Positions 7,392-12,598 of a stretch of DNA of 20,000 nucleotides are shown here, piece by piece (the stretch's first letter is position 1; every line of letters starts with the position of its first letter). Made by a program: the position numbers and the translations under genes. The stretch lies in IMG/VR virus record IMGVR_UViG_3300042402_005558. One strand, 5' to 3'. Source of the DNA: an uncultured virus (IMG/VR IMGVR_UViG_3300042402_005558) (taxonomy: Duplodnaviria; Heunggongvirae; Uroviricota; Caudoviricetes). The notes beneath the pieces were generated by a model. That model was given only the letters and a program-made list of their open reading frames with translations, made no database searches and had not been told where the DNA came from.

Positions 7392-8027
7392 ATGCAGTGT
7401 TTTAAACAACTATCTATTTCATTCAATCCATTAATGGAAAATGTTCTCGACGAGCTCATTCAATCTAAATCTAACAAACATCCAAACTCAAGACAATATT
7501 TGTATACATCTTTAAAAACAGGATATTTTCTGTCAAACGAAGCGAAACATTTTTTTAGATCAAAAAACGTATTTCCTAATGTTATGATAATTTTTGGACA
7601 CGTAGGTGATCCAAGCAAACACAAAGAAGATCCTCATATACATACTGATGTTTTTTTAGAAAATAATAAATGGATAAAAACTCCGTTTGCAATTAATTTT
7701 GAATTAACAGATTCAGAATCTGCATTCAAGTGGTGGACGTTCAAAAAAAATTGTGAAGTCTTTCCGATTTTACAACCGAATCCATATAAATCTTCAATGT
7801 TCGATTACTTGTATGGTAGTGGTATTACATATAAAAACTACTGCACCGAAGATGTAATCTGTATTGATCAATGTGAACTAACTGCTACACACCCTTTATT
7901 GGTTCGGACAGACATTCCTCACAATGTGTATTATAATCGAGGATATTATTCGAGATTAAGCCTTAGTCTAAGATTTCCAATAAATCAAATTAGTAGCTTT
8001 GAAGAAGCTGCTAGAATTTTTGATTAA
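7392..8027 (+). CDS. Cupin / 2OG-Fe(II) oxygenase-like protein, inverted within the tRNA array
   Basis: HIHTD...AINF...PLLVRTDIPHNV...RLSLSLRF. Preceded by ATAAATA at 7381-7387. Confidence 0.7.
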   Translation: MQCFKQLSISFNPLMENVLDELIQSKSNKHPNSRQYLYTSLKTGYFLSNEAKHFFRSKNVFPNVMIIFGHVGDPSKHKEDPHIHTDVFLENNKWIKTPFAINFELTDSESAFKWWTFKKNCEVFPILQPNPYKSSMFDYLYGSGITYKNYCTEDVICIDQCELTATHPLLVRTDIPHNVYYNRGYYSRLSLSLRFPINQISSFEEAARIFD

Positions 8028-8052
8028 TATTAACACAGCAATGCTAAATTTC

Positions 8053-8136
8053 TGGTGCGAGTGGAGGGACTCGAACCCTCATGCCCTAAGACGGGAGATT
8101 TTAAGTCTCCTGAGTATACCATTTCTCCACACTCGC
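8053..8136 (-). tRNA. tRNA-Leu(TAA)
   Basis: Anticodon arm GGAGA-CTTAAAA-TCTCC, variable arm, ACCA. Confidence 0.95.
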
Positions 8137-8140
8137 ATAT

Positions 8141-8224
8141 ATAAAAACACACTAGCCACCGCAATCCGCAATGCCGCAGGCTAGGCCCTAAGAGCTACGC
8201 TCGTTCTTTCACTAGAGTGTTATA
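8141..8224 (-). ncRNA. Small structured spacer RNA
   Basis: Closing helix AACACTCTAG/CTAGTGTGTT. Inner GAGC-GTA-GCTC hairpin and ATTGCGG repeats. Confidence 0.45.
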
Positions 8225-8300
8225 TGGTGCTGCCTCCAGGAATCGAACCTGGTTCAACGGTTCTTCAGACCGCCGCTATGACCACATCAGCTAAAGCAGC
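8225..8300 (-). tRNA. tRNA-Phe(GAA)
   Basis: Anticodon arm GCGGT-CTGAAGA-ACCGT, ACCA. Confidence 0.93.
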
Positions 8301-8305
8301 ATTTT

Positions 8306-8380
8306 TGGGGAGAATGATGGGAATCGAACCCACGCGACGAGAATCACAATCTCGGATGCTACCATTACATCACAGACTCC
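8306..8380 (-). tRNA. tRNA-His(GTG)
   Basis: Encoded G-1:C73, loop TTGTGAT. Two mismatches in the acceptor stem. Confidence 0.9.
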
Positions 8381-8386
8381 ATTGTT

Positions 8387-8461
8387 TGGTACCACTGCCA
8401 CGAGTCGAACGTGAACTTAAACTTTCGCAAAGTTTCGTGATATCCCTTTCACTACAGTGGT
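8387..8461 (-). tRNA. tRNA-Arg(GCG)
   Basis: Perfect acceptor ACCACTG/CAGTGGT, anticodon arm AAACT-TTGCGAA-AGTTT, T loop TTCGACT, ACCA. Confidence 0.85.
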
Positions 8462-8623
8462 ATCTTTTTCCAAAGCATCTTTTCGCATCTTAAAAACACG
8501 ATGTTCATTGGGTCGATGAACTATGAGATATTCTTCTCCGTCTATAACTTCCACAGCACGGACGTCATCACAGACAAAACGTTCATTATTCATACGATTT
8601 TTAAAAGTCATAGGTTTCATCAT
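8417..8623 (-). CDS. Small hypothetical protein overlapping tRNA-Arg(GCG)
   Basis: AAGGAG RBS, 68 aa. The last 45 nt lie inside the tRNA. Confidence 0.7.
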   Translation of the reverse strand: MMKPMTFKNRMNNERFVCDDVRAVEVIDGEEYLIVHRPNEHRVFKMRKDALEKDTTVVKGISRNFAKV

Positions 8624-8636
8624 AATCTCCTTGTAA

Positions 8637-8711
8637 TGGCCGGTCCGGAGAGATTCGAACTCCCGACAGCTGGTTTCGAAGACCAGAACTCTTCCACTGA
8701 GCTACGGACCG
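8637..8711 (-). tRNA. tRNA-Arg(TCG)
   Basis: Anticodon arm CTGGT-CTTCGAA-ACCAG, GCCA. Confidence 0.93.
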
Positions 8712-8713
8712 AT

Positions 8714-8798
8714 GTTCCCGAGATGCCGCTTACCCGCGACGGCACGATCATCGATGACCTTATAGGCGGCCGGCTACACTTACCGCGATGATCGGAAC
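8714..8798 (-). ncRNA. Small GC-rich structured RNA
   Basis: Closing GTTCC/GGAAC, stems GATCATCG/CGATGATC and TGCCG/CGGCA. Motif CGCG(G)GTAAG occurs twice. Confidence 0.55.
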
Positions 8799-8802
8799 TC
8801 TG

Positions 8803-8876
8803 TGGCAGAGGGTACTGGGATCGAACCAGTGATGACAGAGTCAAAGTCTGTAGTGTTACCGCTACACTAACCCCCA
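8803..8876 (-). tRNA. tRNA-Gln(TTG)
   Basis: Anticodon arm ACAGA-CTTTGAC-TCTGT, U1:U72 mismatch, GCCA. Confidence 0.92.
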
Positions 8877-8886
8877 ACAGATTGAA

Positions 8887-9099
8887 TTTGTAAGTAGTGC
8901 TACCACGTTATCAGCACCATTCACCCGATTATACAAGTCCGGACGGGAGTCGGTACGTCACTTGGGATTCATCCAGCGTGGATTCCATCTATCGCCTATC
9001 CATTACAGATAGGCCAGGCATCGAACCCGCTTGCCTTCTACTGCACAGTACCTTCGAAGAATACTGAACAGCGTGACTTCACTTGCTGACACTTACAAA
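8887..9099 (-). ncRNA. Unidentified ~210-nt multibranch RNA
   Basis: Nested helices TTTGTAAGT/ACTTACAAA, TGTCAGCA/TGCTGATA and GTCAC/GTGAC. Hairpins CAGTATT/GGTACTG and GCCTATC/GATAGGC. T-loop-like GGGTTCGATGCC. Confidence 0.7.
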
Positions 9100-9102
9100 A
9101 CT

Positions 9103-9178
9103 TGGTCTCCCTACTAGGATTCGAACCTAGACCACACGGCCCCAAACCGCGGATGCAACCAGATAACACTTTAGAGAG
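9103..9178 (-). tRNA. tRNA-Pro(TGG)
   Basis: Anticodon arm CGCGG-TTTGGGG-CCGTG, C1:G72, ACCA. Confidence 0.92.
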
Positions 9179-9183
9179 ATAAT

Positions 9184-9258
9184 TGGTGGTAATGGAAAGA
9201 GTCGAACTTTCACTGTACACCGTATGAAGGTGCTGCACTACCATTATGCTACATTACC
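9184..9258 (-). tRNA. tRNA-Met(CAT), elongator type (Ile2 not excluded)
   Basis: Anticodon arm GCACC-TTCATAC-GGTGT, G1:C72, ACCA. Confidence 0.85.
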
Positions 9259-9325
9259 ATATAGAAACACACTAATCTTACTCTGCACGGCAACTGACTG
9301 GCGTTCAGAAAAATGTGTTTTTATA
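9259..9325 (-). ncRNA. Small structured spacer RNA
   Basis: Closing helix TATAAAAACACA/TGTGTTTCTATA, the same flank design as 8141-8224. Confidence 0.4.
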
Positions 9326-9400
9326 TGGTAGGGGCACAGAGAATCGAACTCTGATTAATAGGTTAAAAGCCTACTACTTTAGCCGTTAAGTTATACCCCC
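9326..9400 (-). tRNA. tRNA-Lys(TTT)
   Basis: Anticodon arm GTAGG-CTTTTAA-CCTAT, ACCA. Confidence 0.93.
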
Positions 9401-9429
9401 GACATCTTATCACTCTTGTCACTTGTCAT
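9391..9429 (-). CDS. 12-aa mini-ORF MTSDKSDKMSGV
   Basis: AAAGGAG RBS 7 nt before the ATG. The stop codon lies inside the 5' end of tRNA-Lys. Confidence 0.5.
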   Translation of the reverse strand: MTSDKSDKMSGV

Positions 9430-9451
9430 GACAGATCTCCTTTTTAAAAAT

Positions 9452-9525
9452 TGGTTCCCAGAACAAGAATCGAACTTGTAATGGCCGGTTATCAGCCGAC
9501 TGTTATACCATTTAACTATCCGGGA
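9452..9525 (-). tRNA. tRNA-Ile(GAT)
   Basis: Anticodon arm GTCGG-CTGATAA-CCGGC, ACCA. Confidence 0.93.
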
Positions 9526-9531
9526 ATACAT

Positions 9532-9621
9532 TGGCGGAAGTGGTAGGATTCGAACCCACGGCCCCTTGCGGAACTTCAGTTTTCAAGACTGCTGCCTTAA
9601 GCCAGACTCAGCCACACTTCC
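9532..9621 (-). tRNA. tRNA-Ser(TGA)
   Basis: Loop CTTGAAA, long variable arm, GCCA. Confidence 0.95.
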
Positions 9622-9627
9622 ATAACT

Positions 9628-9719
9628 TGATGGATGCTGTTGGAATCGAACCAACCTTCATGCTCGAAACATGTCATGGGCAAGCAATTTATGCCCACTC
9701 GTACCAACTATTACATCCA
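9628..9719 (-). ncRNA. tRNA-like RNA without a canonical anticodon loop or D stem
   Basis: Acceptor GGATGT/GCATCC, T arm GTTGG-TTCGATT-CCAAC, stem TGGGCA-9nt-TGCCCA, stem CATG/CATG. Ends ATCA. Confidence 0.65.
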
Positions 9720-9723
9720 AACT

Positions 9724-9801
9724 TGGTACTCCTCCCCGGACTCGAACCGGGACGATTTTCCTTTTGAGAGAAACGCCTCATACCAATTGGGCTAGAGGGG
9801 C
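9724..9801 (-). tRNA. tRNA-Leu(CAA) with short variable loop
   Basis: Anticodon arm TTTCT-CTCAAAA-GGAAA, 5-nt variable loop, ACCA. Confidence 0.85.
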
Positions 9802-9808
9802 ATAAATT

Positions 9809-10402
9809 TTATTTTTGTTGTAAAATAATCAAAGATTCTTCTTGTGAGATTATCTCAAAATTACTAGATAATCTTTGAACGATATCAATTACGTCTTCAA
9901 ATCTACTAGGATGATCTGTTTCAAGAAACGGTCGATGATCATGAAATATCACGTAACCATTTTTTGATAAGAATTTTGTCCAGTAATTTACATTATTTTC
10001 TAACGTAGGATTTCTATGAAGACCATCTTCGAAATAGACATCAATCGGTGTTCCCCAATTTTTAAAATTATCAGGGCTTTTACCTTTATGGAAAAATATA
10101 TTTTTGTAATCTTTTAATAACAATTCTACATTTTCTTTAGTTCTAGGGTTCTCACCTAGAGACTCTAGCAACATAAGACTTACTGATTGCTTATGCCTGT
10201 CGTGTCTGTCATTATAATCATCTATAGTATGAACGATTACTTGTGGATTAGAAGATGCCATTATAGCAGCACTTCCACCGAGAAAAGTTCCTACTTCTAA
10301 AATTATTGAATTTGATTTTAATCCAGATACGAAATTGAATAAAAATAATTTTTCATTATTAGACAATAACGCATATTTTTCATAAACAGGTAGCATAGAC
10401 AT
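9809..10402 (-). CDS. Class I SAM-dependent methyltransferase (Methyltransf_24-like)
   Basis: ILEVGTFLGGS, DVYFEDGLH, GYVIFHD. Start moved to ATG 10402 because the longer ORF begins inside tRNA-Cys. Confidence 0.88.
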   Translation of the reverse strand: MSMLPVYEKYALLSNNEKLFLFNFVSGLKSNSIILEVGTFLGGSAAIMASSNPQVIVHTIDDYNDRHDRHKQSVSLMLLESLGENPRTKENVELLLKDYKNIFFHKGKSPDNFKNWGTPIDVYFEDGLHRNPTLENNVNYWTKFLSKNGYVIFHDHRPFLETDHPSRFEDVIDIVQRLSSNFEIISQEESLIILQQK

Positions 10403-10413
10403 ATTTACTCTAC

Positions 10414-10491
10414 TGGAGTGTCGGGTCAGATTTGAACTGACGGTTTTACGGATTTGCAATCCGTTGCAATGGGCCTCTCTGCCACCGACAC
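10414..10491 (-). tRNA. tRNA-Cys(GCA) copy 1
   Basis: Anticodon arm ACGGA-TTGCAAA-TCCGT, U73, CCA. Confidence 0.92.
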
Positions 10492-10495
10492 ATAA

Positions 10496-10587
10496 TGGTA
10501 CCAGCGGAGGGAATCGAACCCTCTCAAGAACGCTAATCTGGCGCTAAAAGGTTTATAAAACCTCTCTGACTACCAAGTCTCGCTGGC
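10496..10587 (-). tRNA. Atypical tRNA with TAT anticodon (Ile-like)
   Basis: Acceptor GCCAGCG/CGCTGGT, D arm GACT-TGGT-AGTC, anticodon arm AGAGGT-TTTATAA-ACCTTT, long variable arm, ACCA. Confidence 0.75.
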
Positions 10588-10592
10588 ATTGT

Positions 10593-10670
10593 TGGAAGTG
10601 CGGGTGGGATTTGAACCCACGGCTTTAGAGTTTTGCAGACTCTTGCATTGGGCCTCTCTGCCACCGCACT
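10593..10670 (-). tRNA. tRNA-Cys(GCA) copy 2
   Basis: Anticodon arm AGAGT-CTGCAAA-ACTCT, U73, CCA. Confidence 0.92.
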
Positions 10671-10671
10671 A

Positions 10672-11256
10672 TTAATTGAAATTGAAATTAATTAACATTC
10701 TGTTATTGTATTTTGGCACAGATCCTGTATGATAACGGTGCCCGTCAAACAAAACAGCTCTACCTTTTCTAGGTTCAACTCTACGTTCCACAGTCTTTTT
10801 ACTGTAACTAATATCATTTACATATTTCTCTTTGAAGATAACAGTGTCTCCATCGCTGTCGTTGACATAGTAAATTAATGTCATATGCCTGTTCATATCG
10901 TCAACATGAGGAACATTATAAAATTCTCCAAACACTGAATTTTTATAAATCATTACGGCTCTTGCTCTGATGATATAATTAACCTTTACTTTAAATTTGT
11001 CTTCTACAAAATACATTATAGGCCTAACTAGATCGCCATACCCACTTACCTTTGCATTTTCTATGATCAATCTATGTACGAAGCCGTCGGTTTCTTTTAT
11101 ATTGCTATCGTTAGCAATAAATTTAGCGTTCTCTTCTTGTGAATAAGAAACACCCGGATTATAATACCAGGGAAACTCCAATGAAGAAAAATGTTTTTCA
11201 ATTTCATCTTCATATGACTTAGGTAAGAAATTGTCTAGTATAATGATGTCGTTCAT
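10672..11256 (-). CDS. 2OG-Fe(II) oxygenase family protein
   Basis: PHVD...IYYVNDSDGDT...PRKGRAVLFDG..YH...RMLINFN (HxD...H...R). AGGA RBS. Confidence 0.85.
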   Translation of the reverse strand: MNDIIILDNFLPKSYEDEIEKHFSSLEFPWYYNPGVSYSQEENAKFIANDSNIKETDGFVHRLIIENAKVSGYGDLVRPIMYFVEDKFKVKVNYIIRARAVMIYKNSVFGEFYNVPHVDDMNRHMTLIYYVNDSDGDTVIFKEKYVNDISYSKKTVERRVEPRKGRAVLFDGHRYHTGSVPKYNNRMLINFNFN

Positions 11257-11332
11257 GCAATATCCTCTAAATTATTGCTCGATAGCATAATATAGCAATT
11301 ACCGGGCCGAGCATATTACTTATAATACTAAT

Positions 11333-11407
11333 TGGCATACCCTGAGGGATTCGAACCCCCACTAGCGGTTTTGGAGACCGTTGTGCTGCCGTTAACACTA
11401 AGGGCAT
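11333..11407 (-). tRNA. tRNA-Trp(CCA)
   Basis: Loop CTCCAAA, G73, CCA. Confidence 0.93.
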
Positions 11408-11413
11408 ATAACT

Positions 11414-11487
11414 TGGAGCGGGATAGGAGAATCGAACTCCTGACTAAACCTTGGCAAGGTTTCGTTTGACCATTAAACTAATCCCGC
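11414..11487 (-). tRNA. tRNA-Gly(GCC)
   Basis: Anticodon arm AAACC-TTGCCAA-GGTTT, U73, CCA. Confidence 0.95.
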
Positions 11488-11493
11488 ATTATA

Positions 11494-11568
11494 TGGAAGA
11501 CCGTAGGGGAGTCGAACCCCTCTTACCAGGATGAAAACCTAGTGTCCTAACCGATAGACGAACGGTCC
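11494..11568 (-). tRNA. tRNA-Glu(TTC)
   Basis: Anticodon arm CTAGG-TTTTCAT-CCTGG, CCA. Confidence 0.92.
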
Positions 11569-11576
11569 ATAAAACT

Positions 11577-11652
11577 TGGCTCCCCAGCGTGGGATCGAAC
11601 CACGGACACCTTGATTAACAGTCAAGTGCAACTACCGCTGTGCTACTGGGGA
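11577..11652 (-). tRNA. tRNA-Asn(GTT)
   Basis: Anticodon arm CTTGA-CTGTTAA-TCAAG, U1:A72, GCCA. Confidence 0.95.
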
Positions 11653-11658
11653 ATAAAC

Positions 11659-11734
11659 TGGCGCCTCGTAGGGGAGTCGAACCCCTGTATTCCGCTAGAC
11701 AGGCGGATATAATAGACCGTTATATGAACGAGGC
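11659..11734 (-). tRNA. tRNA-Asp(GTC)
   Basis: Anticodon arm TCCGC-CTGTCTA-GCGGA, GCCA. Confidence 0.93.
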
Positions 11735-11740
11735 AAAACT

Positions 11741-11829
11741 TGGTGGAGCCTGAAGGAATCGAACCTAACTGCCAGCCACCCTACATATTAAGGCAACGGA
11801 TTTACAGTCCGCCGTAGGGATCAAGCTCC
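11741..11829 (-). tRNA. Non-canonical tRNA-Tyr(GTA)-like RNA (no D arm, 9/3 fold)
   Basis: 9-bp acceptor GGAGCTTGA/TCAGGCTCC, anticodon arm GCGGA-CTGTAAA-TCCGT, T arm AGG-TTCGATT-CCT, ACCA. Confidence 0.75.
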
Positions 11830-11838
11830 AAATTTGTA

Positions 11839-11954
11839 ACACTCTCCATCGACTATGTCAATCTGTCCTCCTTGTAAAGTGGAGTAGGAGAGTGTGTATT
11901 AAAGAACACAGTCTGCGACATCTCAGTCCAGGTCAGGTCTATGCTCTTTAATAC
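11839..11954 (-). ncRNA. Two adjacent long-stem RNA elements
   Basis: GTATTAAAGAGCATAG/CTGTGTTCTTTAATAC (11896-11954) and ACACTCTCC/GGAGAGTGT (11839-11895). Confidence 0.5.
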
Positions 11955-11955
11955 G

Positions 11956-12050
11956 CTGTAATTTTTCGCTCTAGAAGAAGAGTTTCATCCTACAGGCCGC
12001 CCGTTCGCTCCGTGTTTATAGTGCGGAGCCAGGACCTCGTTTCCTGATAT
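11956..12050 (-). ncRNA. Three-hairpin structured RNA at the start of the tRNA array
   Basis: CAGGA-AACGAGG-TCCTG, GCTCCG-11nt-CGGAGC, and CTGTAG...TTACAG enclosing CTCT/AGAG. Confidence 0.55.
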
Positions 12051-12065
12051 TCACACTTTGTGCTA

Positions 12066-12245
12066 TTAGTTTACATTAAACGTCGACAATTTTGCCAACG
12101 ATTCGTGATATGTTCTAGCACGTTCAAACTTATCTTGAATAAGTTTTTGAAGTTGTTCTTTCGAAAGTTCATTTCGATTAAAAGCAGCTTCATAAGCCTG
12201 TTCAACGACTCGTTCATTTAATTTTTTGTAATCTATCTGTTCCAT
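12066..12245 (-). CDS. 59-aa helical hypothetical protein, first gene after the attenuator
   Basis: AAGGA RBS. Reads MEQIDYKKLNERVVEQAYEAAF...STFNVN. Below the ORF-track size cutoff. Confidence 0.7.
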   Translation of the reverse strand: MEQIDYKKLNERVVEQAYEAAFNRNELSKEQLQKLIQDKFERARTYHESLAKLSTFNVN

Positions 12246-12257
12246 TTTTTCCTTTAT

Positions 12258-12292
12258 AAAAACAAAAACCCCAGGGTGTTTATTCCTGGGGT
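12258..12292 (-). terminator. Attenuator terminator hairpin
   Basis: ACCCCAGG-AATAAACAC-CCTGGGGT followed by TTTTGTTTTT. Confidence 0.9.
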
Positions 12293-12319
12293 CCTTTGAA
12301 GTAGCTGTGTATTTTATGT

Positions 12320-12475
12320 TTACACTAACATCTCCACGGACCCCGGTAATAGCTCTGGTGTACGATCATTAGATATACTATCAATCGCGAGCCAATATGA
12401 GGGCATAAAGCCTCCCACCTGGGCTACGGATTTACAAGATATATGTAATGATACGTGTTTCATTGTCTTCTTCAT
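12320..12475 (-). CDS. Putative attenuator leader peptide (51 aa, all 20 amino acids)
   Basis: MKKTMKHVSLHISCKSVAQVGGFMPSYWLAIDSISNDRTPELLPGSVEMLV. AAGGA upstream, alternative start at Met5 (12463). Codons 44-46 carry GGGGTCC, complementary to the terminator 5' arm. Confidence 0.7.
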   Translation of the reverse strand: MKKTMKHVSLHISCKSVAQVGGFMPSYWLAIDSISNDRTPELLPGSVEMLV

Positions 12476-12514
12476 TTCCTTGAAAGTCACACACTATTTT
12501 TAGTGCATGTGTTA

Positions 12515-12543
12515 ATTATACATTTATTTAGTCTCTGTGTCAA
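12515..12543 (-). promoter_or_regulatory. sigma70-type promoter P2 of the tRNA operon
   Basis: TTGACA-17nt-TATAAT with TAAATA inside the spacer. Confidence 0.88.
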
Positions 12544-12598
12544 CCTCTATTTGCACTTCTGGCAAAAAAGTTTTGACTCTTTGCTAAACACAACTGCT

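Noticed and set aside
8887..9099. RNase P RNA, tmRNA or intron identity for the 210-nt RNA
   Set aside because: No GAGGAAAGTCC/P4 consensus, no Ala-type acceptor ends or tag ORF, and the flanking tRNAs are intact.
6875..9767. ORF-track entries over tRNAs or ncRNAs (6875-7060, 7109-7294, 7999-8184, 8224-8493, 8501-8791, 8620-8877, 9038-9244, 9531-9767)
   Set aside because: They overlap RNA genes, and several show GIEP/GFEP/GFES signatures of translated T loops.
3889..11829. CRISPR-like recurrence of GAATCGAAC
   Set aside because: These are tRNA T loops read on the opposite strand. There are no identical repeats with regular spacers and no cas genes.
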